DNA of 64,000 nucleotides from Ignavibacteria bacterium (GCA_016178595.1 JACOSY010000053.1:114-64113), one strand, 5' to 3'; positions 48,370 to 58,556 are shown, counted from the stretch's first letter. Notes: generated by a model from the sequence alone, not told the origin. Numbers and translations: made by a program.

Positions 48370-51354
48370 TCAATTTCCTCCTTCCGGCTTGAGGATGATG
48401 CCTTTGTGCTCGTGCCCGTTCATCCTGATGAGCAACGGTGCAGTGAGCTGCAGGTGGCGCGTGTAGATTTTTTCTTCAACAGCGTCGCACTGCGACAACC
48501 ACTCCCAATCGAGGGAGCCTTCGCCGTGCAATGGGTTCACCGTGAAGTAACCGACCATGAATGCCGTGATGTTCTGAAAGAAATGCGAGCCTTGCGACGG
48601 CGTGACGATGAAATCCTTGAAACCGGTCTCTACGATCGCTTTCGCGCCGGAGATTTGATCCCAGCGGACCGGGATTCCAAGCCACGGGTCGAGTGTTCCC
48701 CAGCGACCGACACCGATGAGAAGATACGGCCTTCCCCGCGCAACAAGCTGTGCATTGAACTGCCCGACCTCGCCTGCCACGTCGTGACTTTTCGAGCGGT
48801 CAAAGCGATGGATGTCGACGACGATCATATCCTTGATGTCGATAATGGCGCCGTTGCCAAGCACTTGATCGCTCTGGCAAAGCAGTCGTTCTTTGTCGAA
48901 TTTTTCCAGACTCAATTCTTCGAACTCGCGGTTGATGACGAGCGGACGGATTTGCAACACGCAAAATTCCTTCGGCATTCCATCCGGCACAGACATATCG
49001 ACGGCGAACTCTATCTCGACGGCAGTTCCCATTCCTCCACTCCCAAGATGAAGGAGGAGTGTCAGAATCTCCGGCAACGGCAAAAGTTTTCCTTTCAGGA
49101 TCGGAGAGAATGTCACGAGGCGCATTCCAGGGCGAGAGAGACCGTCGTAGACGGCATCGTTCTCCGGTGAATACGTCGAACCGACATGCCGGAGCGTGCC
49201 ATCGTTCTCGGCGACATCCAGTGGAAATTTTTTCGTCAGCACGTCGTGGGTCTCGTTGCCGTTGACCGATTGTCCACTCATGTCAAGTGCGTAGAATTCA
49301 TGCTGGTTGTTGGCAAGCGTATCATCGACCGAGGAAAACTGCTGAAGGTGAGTCGGATCCTTTGGAGAAAAGCGGACTGCAGGCCCGCCATCGACGACTA
49401 ACTTCCCAAGCCCCAGCGCAACAGAGACAGTTCCGTCGGACGAGAGCTGTGATGGCAACGGATAAAAATTGTACGACTTGGCAACGCCGGCAATTTCCGG
49501 GTAAAAACGATCTCCGTGCCGCGCACCAACCATCTTCTGAACAATGACCGCCATCTTCTCTTCTTCCAAGCGGTAGGACGTCATCTTGATGTAATCTTTT
49601 GCTTTTTGATAAAAGATCGAGGCATAGACACGCTTGATCGCGTTGACAAGCTCGCGAAAGCGAAAGCGTGGATTGGGATGATTGTTCGGAAGCATGTACG
49701 TCTCGTACACACCGGCGAACGGCTGGTATTGTGAATCTTCAAGGAGACTCGACGATCGGACGGCGAGCGGTTCACGCACGATATCGAGGAACGCAGCAAG
49801 GTCCTTCTCAACGCGCCGCGGAAATTTCTTTGCCTCCAGGAATCTCAGCGTGATGGCTTCATCGTCAGTTTCACTCAGCGCGAAACTGCTCAAGGTATTC
49901 TTTTCGAGGAACTCGTCGAAGACATCCGTTCCCACGACTACACCGGCCGGGACAAACACGTGAACCCCATTGAATTTTTCGCGAACCCCATGGGTATTGA
50001 TGAGCATGTTGAGAAAACCGAGCCCGCGGGCTTTCCCGCCGAGCGAGCCGCCTCCGATGCGGGCAAGGCTGCTCGCAGGATCGAACGATTCCTTCGTGAA
50101 GTCGGCAACGAGTCCTCGCTGCTGCATCTGACGGTACGCATGGAGCGATACGATCAATCGTTTCCTCAGCTCATCGAGAGATGAAAAATCGGATACTTTC
50201 CGCGGCCGCAGTTGATGTGCAAGCCAGAATTCTGTTCGCGCCTTCAGCCAGTTGGAGAAATGATTCCTTTCTCCATGAAATCGAATGCTCTCCGCGGGAA
50301 CCGTGTGAAGAAGCGACTCCAACGATCGCAAATCGCGCGCGTGGCCGACTTCCTCCCCGTTCGGAGTCCGGAAGACAAAGTCGCCAAAACCAAAATTGTT
50401 CAGCATGAACTGTCTCACCTCGTTGAGCAGTGTCGGAGAATCCTTGAGTACGAATGATGCTCCAAGGGCGAGCGCCTTCGACTGGTTTTCCACAAGATAC
50501 GACTGGAGCAAGATCGGTATGTCTGACATTTCGCGCTTGACGCTCCGGGCAAATTCCAATCCCGCCTGTGCGTCTTGCCGGCCATCCCGTTGGAAATCGA
50601 CGTCGGAGATAATTCCCAAAATGTTATAGCGGTATTTCTGGAAATATTCCCACCCTTCCTCGTAATTCGTCGAGAGAAGAATTTTCGGCCGCGCTCTCAT
50701 CCGTAACGAGCGATGCGAGAGGTTGACTCCTTCAGAAATCAATCGCTGCGATTGGTTGAGAAGTTCCGTATAAATGAGCGGTAGGAAGGACGAATAGAAC
50801 CGAATGTTGTCTTCGATAAGAATAATCGACTGCACTCCGAAGCTCGCTGCATCATGTTCGACGTTGTTCCGATCTTCGAGGTGCTTAATGATGGCCGTAA
50901 GGAGACGAAAATCTCCCTGCCAAATAAAGATGCGATTGAAGATGGACGTATCATGCCGCGCGACGAGGTCGGCCAGCTCGCGGTTATCGAATGCAAGAAG
51001 GATGATCGGCGTGGTAAGCCCTGCATCGCGTGCTTCTTTCGCAAACTCGAGCGGGTGCATGTCTTCGATGTGCAAGGTGGTCATGATCAGATCGAAGCGA
51101 TTCTCTTCTTTTGCGCGTGCAATGGCTTCGGTACCGCTTGAGACACGTGTCAGCTCCGGCGAATGACTGAGGCTCAGTCCCTGGTACTCACTGCGAATCT
51201 GTTCGTAGAGCCTGCCATCTTCTTCGAAAATGTAGGAATCGTAGAGACTCGATACGAGGAGAACGTCGCGAATCCTCCAGCGCATGAGATCTTGAAACGA
51301 TTGGACGGGAGTAAGATTAATTTGTTCTACGGAGGAGAACTCTTCAGTCCGCAT
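48370..51354 (-). CDS. PEP/pyruvate-binding (PPDK/PEP-synthase N-terminal ATP-grasp) domain protein with N-terminal receiver-like domains
   Basis: 994 aa; central GGSLGGKARGLGFL plus the long nucleotide-binding region typical of pyruvate,water dikinase N-domains; N-terminal ~350 aa resembles two degenerate CheY-like receivers; no PEP-utilizer His domain or TIM-barrel seen. Confidence 0.6.
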   Translation of the reverse strand: MRTEEFSSVEQINLTPVQSFQDLMRWRIRDVLLVSSLYDSYIFEEDGRLYEQIRSEYQGLSLSHSPELTRVSSGTEAIARAKEENRFDLIMTTLHIEDMHPLEFAKEARDAGLTTPIILLAFDNRELADLVARHDTSIFNRIFIWQGDFRLLTAIIKHLEDRNNVEHDAASFGVQSIILIEDNIRFYSSFLPLIYTELLNQSQRLISEGVNLSHRSLRMRARPKILLSTNYEEGWEYFQKYRYNILGIISDVDFQRDGRQDAQAGLEFARSVKREMSDIPILLQSYLVENQSKALALGASFVLKDSPTLLNEVRQFMLNNFGFGDFVFRTPNGEEVGHARDLRSLESLLHTVPAESIRFHGERNHFSNWLKARTEFWLAHQLRPRKVSDFSSLDELRKRLIVSLHAYRQMQQRGLVADFTKESFDPASSLARIGGGSLGGKARGLGFLNMLINTHGVREKFNGVHVFVPAGVVVGTDVFDEFLEKNTLSSFALSETDDEAITLRFLEAKKFPRRVEKDLAAFLDIVREPLAVRSSSLLEDSQYQPFAGVYETYMLPNNHPNPRFRFRELVNAIKRVYASIFYQKAKDYIKMTSYRLEEEKMAVIVQKMVGARHGDRFYPEIAGVAKSYNFYPLPSQLSSDGTVSVALGLGKLVVDGGPAVRFSPKDPTHLQQFSSVDDTLANNQHEFYALDMSGQSVNGNETHDVLTKKFPLDVAENDGTLRHVGSTYSPENDAVYDGLSRPGMRLVTFSPILKGKLLPLPEILTLLLHLGSGGMGTAVEIEFAVDMSVPDGMPKEFCVLQIRPLVINREFEELSLEKFDKERLLCQSDQVLGNGAIIDIKDMIVVDIHRFDRSKSHDVAGEVGQFNAQLVARGRPYLLIGVGRWGTLDPWLGIPVRWDQISGAKAIVETGFKDFIVTPSQGSHFFQNITAFMVGYFTVNPLHGEGSLDWEWLSQCDAVEEKIYTRHLQLTAPLLIRMNGHEHKGIILKPEGGN

Positions 51355-51515
51355 GATAGAAATGGTTGACTCAATAAACGAATAACATCATCCTTATAAG
51401 AAGGCACGAATTCTGAACGAACTCGAGATCATTCTTTCCTTCTTCTCTAACATCATCGGAGTGGCAGGATGCATTCCACCACTCCGATCGATTTCTTTCG
51501 AACATCATTGCATAA

Positions 51516-52883
51516 TCACACGAGCCCCTGATCCATCATCGCATCGGCAACTTTGAGGAAGCCCGCAATGTTGGCGCCATTCACGTAGTTGCCCGGCGTG
51601 CCGAAGCGCTCGGCAGTCTGGACGCACGCCTGATGGATACTCTTCATAATCAGATTCAAGCGGTAGTCTACTTCTTCGCGCGTCCACGGCACGCGCATAC
51701 TGTTTTGCGCCATTTCGAGTCCCGACACAGCAACACCCCCGGCGTTAGCAGCTTTCCCTGGCGCGTAGAGAGTCTTGGCATCCAAGAAAATCCTCACACC
51801 TTCCAGCATCGTCGGCATGTTGGCACCTTCGGCAACAAGGTAGACACCGTTCCGCAACAAATTCGCGGCGTCTTTCCCGTTGATTTCATTTTGGGTTGCA
51901 CTTGGGAAGGCACAGTCGGCTTTATGGTCCCAGAGCGGGTTGTAGTTAAGTTTCGGATCGACTGGCACGTAGACGACGCCTTTGAACGCATCGGCGTACT
52001 CCTTGATTCTGCCGCGACGGGCGTTTTTCAACTCCATGACGAACTTCAGCTTCTTCTCATCGATACCCGCCTCGTCGTAAATGTAGCCGGCAGAGTCGGA
52101 AAGCGTGACCGCTTTGCCTCCGAACTGGATAATTTTTTCGATCGTATACTGTGCAACATTGCCGCTTCCGGAAACGAGGCAGATTTTTCCTTCCAACGTC
52201 TTTTCCCGCGTCGCAAGCATCTCTTGTGCAAAGTACACTGCACCATAGCCTGTCGCCTCCGGACGAATCAGCGATCCGCCCCAATTCAATCCCTTGCCGG
52301 TGAGAACGCCGGTGAATTCATTCTTCAAGCGCTTGTACTGACCGAACATGAACCCGATCTCTCGTCCACCGACACCGATATCTCCTGCCGGGACGTCCGT
52401 GTTCGGGCCGATGTGCCGGAAGAGTTCCGTCATGAAGCTCTGGCAGAAGCGCATCACTTCGTTATCGCTCTTTCCCTTCGGATCGAAATCCGATCCGCCC
52501 TTGCCGCCGCCCATCGGCAGCGTTGTGAGACTGTTCTTGAAGACCTGCTCGAACGCGAGGAACTTCAGAATGCCGAGATTCACCGATGGATGGAGGCGCA
52601 ATCCACCCTTGTACGGACCGATAGCGCTGTTCATCTCGATGCGGAAACCACGATTCACCTGAATCTCACCCGCGTCGTTCATCCACGGAACACGGAACAT
52701 AATCGCGCGCTCCGGCTCGACGATCCGCTCGAGGATCTTCGCAGAGCGATATTCCGGGTGTCGATCGAGAACTAACGTGAGCGACTCGACGACTTCTTCG
52801 ACTGCCTGGTGGAATTCGGATTCATTCGGGTTCTTCGCTTTTACCATCGCCATGAGGTTCGCAGCGTACCCTGTCATGAACAT
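51516..52883 (-). CDS. gdhA: NADP-specific glutamate dehydrogenase
   Basis: GDH signatures LPMGGGKGGSDFDPKGKS, GSGNVAQY, and the full ELFV-dehydrogenase layout. Confidence 0.9.
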   Translation of the reverse strand: MFMTGYAANLMAMVKAKNPNESEFHQAVEEVVESLTLVLDRHPEYRSAKILERIVEPERAIMFRVPWMNDAGEIQVNRGFRIEMNSAIGPYKGGLRLHPSVNLGILKFLAFEQVFKNSLTTLPMGGGKGGSDFDPKGKSDNEVMRFCQSFMTELFRHIGPNTDVPAGDIGVGGREIGFMFGQYKRLKNEFTGVLTGKGLNWGGSLIRPEATGYGAVYFAQEMLATREKTLEGKICLVSGSGNVAQYTIEKIIQFGGKAVTLSDSAGYIYDEAGIDEKKLKFVMELKNARRGRIKEYADAFKGVVYVPVDPKLNYNPLWDHKADCAFPSATQNEINGKDAANLLRNGVYLVAEGANMPTMLEGVRIFLDAKTLYAPGKAANAGGVAVSGLEMAQNSMRVPWTREEVDYRLNLIMKSIHQACVQTAERFGTPGNYVNGANIAGFLKVADAMMDQGLV

Positions 52884-52973
52884 AGAGTTTTTCCTTTCTA
52901 GTTATGTGTATAATGAATTTGTCCTCGCACCCCGCTTGCGTACGAGAGGGATAGATTGCATCCGGCAATCCCA

Positions 52974-53273
52974 TTATCGTGACGGAACGCGAGGTAACAG
53001 TAAGAACGAGATGGAAGGATCGGGATCCTTTTGAATAGATCCTTCCGAGCGGAATGATTCCCGATATGATATAGCTCCGGCTTCAATTAGTATGCCACCG
53101 ACTTCGTGTGCTGAATGAGTGTACGGAATAGTCATGACAGAATCAATTTCTGCCTCTGTCAGGACGAGAGAGCGGCGAAGGCTGCCTCTCGGAGATGAGA
53201 GACGTTTCTTTTTCCGGAGATGAACCACTTTGTTGACGTCAACAACATGATTAGAATCGAAGTGGAGTTTCAT
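52974..53273 (-). other. DinD-like gene fragment / remnant ORF with the conserved HxVDxNK motif
   Basis: [19 protein letters not shown].. mirrors the [14 protein letters not shown] core of the adjacent DinD-like gene; encoded by the palindrome TTGTTGACGTCAACAA (53230-53245); the remainder has no homology. Confidence 0.3.
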
Positions 53274-54148
53274 GGTTTCCCTTTACTGCCGTTCTTTTTC
53301 TTTGGCAGCTTCTTGACGCTCCCGAGCATTTTTTTATCTTCCGATTCAACCCGGCGTTTTAACTTTTTTACGTCTTCGTCAGGCGGCAACGCCTCGGGTC
53401 GTATTCCTCTATCAAGAAGAACCCTCCTCACACCTTCATTGCTCTTCACATGCTCTTGAGATATTCTTTGTTCTCCTTTTAGTTCATCTCGCTTAACATT
53501 GAAGTTGGTAATTTCGGTGGCAAAGTCTTTTGCCTTGATGGTAATGGTTGGAAGGAAATCTGCCAACGCTCTGCTCTGAGGCACTCCGAGCTTATCCTTC
53601 ATCTCGTGCGTTGCGTACCCGCCGAACAATGCTTTGTCTCCTTTGCTTCTGATGCGTGCAAATCCTTGCTCATCAACTCCTCGCTCATAAATCACACCCG
53701 AAAGTTCTCGTTCCGATTGAGTAAGTTTTTCCCGTGCTCGTAACCGCTCCCACTCGGTCAATCGTTTTTCCAGTATTTCTTGTTTACGAGTTTGAACGGC
53801 AAAGTAGCTCATGGCAAAGGCGATTTGATCTTTCCGAGGATCGCCATTTTGAGCTATGAGGTAGCAGGCGTAGCGGGTAAGCATGATGTCGTCGATTTCG
53901 CGTTGTGCACTCTTCCCAAGGTCGATCATTTTGTTGATATCAACAAAATGATCATCAATAGATTGTCCCGCGCTTTTACAGGCGATCTTTGCTTTCTCAA
54001 CAACCTGTGAAAAATTCCTCCACTCTGAATAGCCAAGCAGCTCTTGTAATTCCCTCGCAAACCAAAATTCTACTTCGTCGGTCTGACGAGCAGCTGTTTC
54101 AAAGTTATTGGTAAGCTGTTTAATGAGTTCTGATTTCATAAGGTTCAT
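53270..54148 (-). CDS. dinD: DNA damage-inducible protein D (DinD)-like protein
   Basis: 292 aa; N-terminal ...[98 protein letters not shown] matches the DinD pattern as I recall it; low GC (~42%) versus flanks. Confidence 0.6.
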   Translation of the reverse strand: MNLMKSELIKQLTNNFETAARQTDEVEFWFARELQELLGYSEWRNFSQVVEKAKIACKSAGQSIDDHFVDINKMIDLGKSAQREIDDIMLTRYACYLIAQNGDPRKDQIAFAMSYFAVQTRKQEILEKRLTEWERLRAREKLTQSERELSGVIYERGVDEQGFARIRSKGDKALFGGYATHEMKDKLGVPQSRALADFLPTITIKAKDFATEITNFNVKRDELKGEQRISQEHVKSNEGVRRVLLDRGIRPEALPPDEDVKKLKRRVESEDKKMLGSVKKLPKKKNGSKGKP

Positions 54149-54188
54149 CAGATTGTCTGAACCGCTGATGAATGTGATACAATGATTT

Positions 54189-54700
54189 TCATGATGGTTG
54201 CTTCAGGCGTCGTGCTTGAAGTTTTCGCTCGTTGGTGAGTCTCTTGAATTCCAGTTTTCTCGACCCGAAATTGACCAACAGACCGATTTCAAGATTGTAG
54301 GCTTCCAGATAATTTAACCCTTGTGCAATGTGAACATTTTCCAAATTGGTGAGTGCTTTCAACTCGACTAAAATTTTCCCTTCAACCAAGAAGTCTGCGC
54401 GGCGGGTTCCGATTTCCTGGCCGTCATAGTGAATAGGCATTTCGACTTCCCGGGCGAACTCAATACCGGCTTTGCTCATCTCGATTGCCAGCGCGCGCTG
54501 ATCAATAATTCCTTGTGCCGAAGGCATCCCTTCGGGAAAATCCATTCCCACGTGTGTTGTGTACGTTCATTGCACATCCGATAATCTTTTCCGTGATCGC
54601 CGAGAATTTGTACTCTTCTTTTATCATGTTCATCATTCCATCATAGGCATCAGCGGTTCTGACGTCTTCTACTCTTGGTTGGAATCGTAGACCTACAGAC
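54189..54700 (-). pseudogene. GxxExxY-family (PD-(D/E)xK-like) gene split by a 1-nt frameshift in a T4 run
   Basis: Frame A (54552-54700) encodes MNMIKEEYKFSAITEKIIGCAMNVHNTRGNGF (conserved N-terminus) and stops; frame B (54189-54551, GTG-initiated) encodes ...QRALAIEMSKAGIEFAREVEMPIHYDGQEIGTRRADFLVEGKILVELKAL...GLLVNFG (rest of the family); the junction is at ggatttTcccgaagg, inside a CCGAAGG/CCTTCGG hairpin. Confidence 0.6.
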
Positions 54701-54725
54701 TAGAAGAGTGTTTGGGTTGTTGTTC

Positions 54726-55112
54726 TTACCTGCTCGTTGATTTATTGAGTAACCGAGTCAGCAAACTTGCTCCAAGAATAATCAGCCCCCCAACGGCAAT
54801 TGCTCCTACTACGCTCTCGACTTGCCGCTCGACCTTCTTTCTATGACGAACTTGCCTGATTGGTTCAGCAAATTGCCTGAATTGTCCTGTGGTCAAGTCA
54901 CTCTTGTCGAGGTTACATGACCAGCAGGATGCAACAAGATTGTTGAGATGGTCTGTTCCACCACGAGCGTGCGGCCTGCTATGATCGATTTCCCAGCCAC
55001 CCCGAAGGTCTCTCCGTCCGTAGTTTTTCCAAGCCAGTTGTTTGCCACAATGGTGGCACTTGCGCACGGACTTTTCAAACACGAGTTCAATAGTTTCATT
55101 GTCAAACGCCAT
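54726..55112 (-). CDS. HNH endonuclease with C-terminal transmembrane anchor
   Basis: CHHCGKQLAW...WEIDHSRPHARGGTDHLNNLVASCWSCNLDK is a classic HNH motif; C-terminal VGAIAVGGLIILGASLLTRLL is a predicted TM helix. Confidence 0.7.
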   Translation of the reverse strand: MAFDNETIELVFEKSVRKCHHCGKQLAWKNYGRRDLRGGWEIDHSRPHARGGTDHLNNLVASCWSCNLDKSDLTTGQFRQFAEPIRQVRHRKKVERQVESVVGAIAVGGLIILGASLLTRLLNKSTSR

Positions 55113-55376
55113 CTGTTACCTCCTAGCTCATTCTGTTGTGTTCTTCATATCGACCTAAACTCTACATAGTGTGAAAGGTACAAAAATGAGAGGACACTGG
55201 CAATTCGTTCTCTTGCTCGGTAGGTCAGACATTCTTGTCTGACAGGTAGGAATGCCTGTCCTACCAAAAGATTTTTGTTAAATCGATGCACTACCTCCTA
55301 CTCCTTGTGAATTCCCTAATTCCTCCGTACATTGGAATCAATATTTTCGTAATTCATCTTCAAGACGTTCTACGCT

Positions 55377-56738
55377 ATGGACGACGCGCTCCTCATCCAC
55401 AGGCTTCAGTTCGCCTTTACCATATCCTACCACTATCTCTTCCCCCAGCTTACGATGGGCCTCGCTCTCCTCATCGTCATTCTGAAGGGGATCGCGCTTG
55501 GGACGCACAACGAGCGCTACAATAACGCTGCACGATTCTGGGCAACGATCTTTGCGATAAATTTCTTCGTCGGCGTTATTACCGGCATCCCGATGGAGTT
55601 TCAGTTCGGAACGAACTGGGCGCGCTTTTCCAAATTTGCCGGCGGCGTCATCGGCCAGACGCTGGCAATGGAGGGAGTTTTTTCTTTCTTCCTTGAGTCA
55701 AGTTTTCTCGGGCTTTTCCTGTTCGGCGAGAAGAAGCTCGGGCAGAAGGGACACTTCATTGCAGCCATTCTTATCTTCGTCGGTTCCTGGCTCTCCGGGT
55801 ACTTGATCGTTCAGACTAACGCGTGGATGCAGCACCCGACCGGCTATGCTTTTGTACCGAATGGTGCAGTTCAACTGACAGATTATTGGGCTCTCATCCT
55901 GAATCCGTGGGGCATCTGGCAATACTTCCACACAATGGCAGGTGCTGTTGTGACGGCAGCTTTTGTCATGGCAGCAACAGGCGCATATTATCTTCTTTCA
56001 GAGAGAGAACTTGAGTATGGCCGGATCTTCGTTCGAACGGGTGTACTGGCAGGAATGATCGCATCGATCATCATCATGTTCCCGACCGGCGATCAGCAAG
56101 GAAAAAACATTGCGTACAACCAGCCGGTCACTCTTGCCGCCATGGAAGGACTCTTCAGGACAAAGGAAGGAGCCGAATTAATTTTGATCGGCCAGCCCGA
56201 TATGGAAAAACTGACGATGGATAATCCGGCGCACATTCCGAAAATGCTCAGCTTTCTCACGTTCTATCGCTGGAACGCTGAAGTAAAGGGGCTTGATGCG
56301 TTCCCCCGCGACCAGTGGCCCGACAATATTCCCCTTCTCTATTACTGCTATCATATCATGGTGGGACTTGGGACGATCTTCATCGCGACGATGGTGGTAG
56401 CATCATTCATGCTCTGGCGAAAGAAACTTTTCCGCGCGCGATGGATGATGTGGATACTGCTGCTCAGCTTCCCGTTCCCCTATATTGCCAACACGGCCGG
56501 TTGGATGACGGCAGAGCTTGGACGGCAGCCATGGCTCGTCTATGGAATCTTCCGGACGGCCCATGGCACATCGCCGACGGTGTCGGCGGGAAATGGTCTC
56601 TTCACGCTGCTTGGATTTCTGGGAATGTATTTTGTCATCGGTGTTGTATTTCTTTTCCTTGTCGTGAAGAAAATCTCTGCAGGCCCAAGCGCGAATGCAA
56701 AACCCACCGTCCCAACCGACAATCGAAAAGAGGTATGA
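55377..56738 (+). CDS. cydA: cytochrome bd ubiquinol oxidase subunit I
   Basis: 453 aa, 9 TM, Q-loop GQPDMEKL...; heme-ligand context conserved. Confidence 0.9.
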   Translation: MDDALLIHRLQFAFTISYHYLFPQLTMGLALLIVILKGIALGTHNERYNNAARFWATIFAINFFVGVITGIPMEFQFGTNWARFSKFAGGVIGQTLAMEGVFSFFLESSFLGLFLFGEKKLGQKGHFIAAILIFVGSWLSGYLIVQTNAWMQHPTGYAFVPNGAVQLTDYWALILNPWGIWQYFHTMAGAVVTAAFVMAATGAYYLLSERELEYGRIFVRTGVLAGMIASIIIMFPTGDQQGKNIAYNQPVTLAAMEGLFRTKEGAELILIGQPDMEKLTMDNPAHIPKMLSFLTFYRWNAEVKGLDAFPRDQWPDNIPLLYYCYHIMVGLGTIFIATMVVASFMLWRKKLFRARWMMWILLLSFPFPYIANTAGWMTAELGRQPWLVYGIFRTAHGTSPTVSAGNGLFTLLGFLGMYFVIGVVFLFLVVKKISAGPSANAKPTVPTDNRKEV

Positions 56739-57784
56739 TGGAAATAGTTTGGTTCTGCATTATCGCGTTCATGCTCGCAGTGTACGTCATCCTCGATGGC
56801 TTCGATCTTGGGGCAGGTATTATCCACCTGCTGATAGCAAAAACTCCCGGCGAGCGCAGCATCATTCTCAACACCATTGCACCGGTGTGGGATGGGAATG
56901 AGGTCTGGCTCCTGGCAGCAGGCGGAACGCTCTTCTTCGCATTTCCAACACTCTACGCCTCAAGTTTCAGCGGTTTTTATCTTCCGCTCATGATCGTTCT
57001 CTGGCTCTTGATGTTGCGCGGCGCTGGAATCGAGCTTCGCCACCAGGTTCACAGCTCGTTGTGGGTATCGTTCTGGGATGTCGTGTTTTCAGTGTCGAGC
57101 ATACTGCTTGCAATCTTTTTTGGCGCTGCACTCGGCAACGTGGTGCGCGGCGTCCCGTTGAATAGCGATGGCTATTTCTTCGAACCGCTCTGGACCACCT
57201 TTACGGTCGTACCGGAGTCGGGCATCCTCGATTGGTTCACCGTCATTCTTGGTCTTGTTGCACTGTTCACGCTCACGTCCCACGGAGCAAATTATGTCGC
57301 TCTGAAGACGAGCGGTGAGATTCAGATGCGAGCACGGAGAGCCGCAGTCCGTTCGTGGTGGGGAGTTCTCGCTTCCTCCATTCTCGCATTTCTCTCCACA
57401 TGGGCCATCCGACCCGACATCTGGAAAAATTTTGCCGAACATCCCTGGGGATATCTCTTCCCATTAAGCGGCATTCTCGGACTCCTGGGAATGTACTTCT
57501 CTGCACTCAAGGGTCGTGATAGAACGGCATTTCTCTCTTCGTCGCTGTTCATTGCGGCAATGTTGGCAGCAACGGCCTTCGGTGTATTCCCAAATCTTCT
57601 CACAGCATCAACAGACGCATCATACTCGATAACCGTCTACAACGCAGCGGCAGCAGAGTACGGTTTAAGCGTCGGTCTCGTGTGGTGGATGTTTGGAATT
57701 GCACTCGCAATCGGATATTTTGTTTACCTGTACAGATCGTTTCGTGGGAAAGTTGCCGATGCACCCGGAGATGCCGGATACTAA
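56735..57784 (+). CDS. cydB: cytochrome bd ubiquinol oxidase subunit II
   Basis: Start MMEIVWFCIIAFMLAVYVILDGFDLGAGI overlaps the cydA stop (ATGA); RBS AAAGAGG; ~8 TM. Confidence 0.85.
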   Translation: MMEIVWFCIIAFMLAVYVILDGFDLGAGIIHLLIAKTPGERSIILNTIAPVWDGNEVWLLAAGGTLFFAFPTLYASSFSGFYLPLMIVLWLLMLRGAGIELRHQVHSSLWVSFWDVVFSVSSILLAIFFGAALGNVVRGVPLNSDGYFFEPLWTTFTVVPESGILDWFTVILGLVALFTLTSHGANYVALKTSGEIQMRARRAAVRSWWGVLASSILAFLSTWAIRPDIWKNFAEHPWGYLFPLSGILGLLGMYFSALKGRDRTAFLSSSLFIAAMLAATAFGVFPNLLTASTDASYSITVYNAAAAEYGLSVGLVWWMFGIALAIGYFVYLYRSFRGKVADAPGDAGY

Positions 57785-57811
57785 CCGCGCACACCACGGA
57801 CGTGATGTTGT

Positions 57812-57840
57812 AATCCAATTCCAACTCGTTGGATTTTATT
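57812..57840 (+). terminator. rho-independent terminator after cydB
   Basis: Stem aatccaa/ttggatt with 10-nt loop, followed by TTATT. Confidence 0.5.
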
Positions 57841-57860
57841 AGCTGCTCAAAGGAATACAG

Positions 57861-58556
57861 ATGCCGCAAACTCCCCATGTAGAAAAACATTTTACAGCAA
57901 GTGAAACGGTTCGCGACATCGTCATCGGCATGTCGGATGGATTGACTGTTCCGTTCGCACTCGCAGCCGGACTCTCCGGCGCCGTCGTCTCAAGCGGCAT
58001 CATCGTCACGGCAGGGCTTGCCGAGATTGCGGCAGGCTCCATCGCGATGGGATTGGGCGGCTATCTTGCAGGACGCAGCGACGCCGAACACTACGCGAGT
58101 GAATACGCGCGCGAGCATCGAGAAATCATCGAGAAGAACGATGCTGAAGTTGTGGAGACGGCGGAGATATTCCAGGAGTATGGTCTGACGCATGAAGAAA
58201 TCTCTCCTCTGCTCGATTCCTTTCAGAAGAATCACGAGTCGTGGGTCAACTTCATGATGCGCTTCGAGTTGGGATTGGAGAAACCGGATCCGCGGCGTGC
58301 GCTGTACAGCGGACTCACCATTGCTGCATCCTACATCGCCGGCGGACTTCTTCCGATGGGACCTTACATGATTTTCTCACACGCACAGACGGCGCTTCTC
58401 GTTTCGATTCTTATTACCTTCCTCGCGCTTATTCTCTTCGGTTACATCAAGGGACGTTTCACCGGGGCAAAACCGATTCATAGCGCGCTGCACACGCTAA
58501 CAGTGGGCGGGCTTGCCGCAGCGGCAGCGTACTTCATTGCAAGGTTGATTGCGTGA
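57861..58556 (+). CDS. VIT1/CCC1 family iron/manganese transporter
   Basis: 231 aa; the VIT family motifs IVIGMSDGLTVPFALAAGLSGA and IAASYIAGGLLP; 5 TM. Confidence 0.8.
   Translation: MPQTPHVEKHFTASETVRDIVIGMSDGLTVPFALAAGLSGAVVSSGIIVTAGLAEIAAGSIAMGLGGYLAGRSDAEHYASEYAREHREIIEKNDAEVVETAEIFQEYGLTHEEISPLLDSFQKNHESWVNFMMRFELGLEKPDPRRALYSGLTIAASYIAGGLLPMGPYMIFSHAQTALLVSILITFLALILFGYIKGRFTGAKPIHSALHTLTVGGLAAAAAYFIARLIA

Noticed and set aside
48229..49170. 313-aa plus-strand ORF beginning inside tRNA-Gln
   Set aside because: Overlaps the tRNA and is antisense to the 994-aa gene; spurious.
51633..52775. 380-aa plus-strand ORF
   Set aside because: Fully antisense to the well-supported gdhA gene; a high-GC antisense frame artefact.
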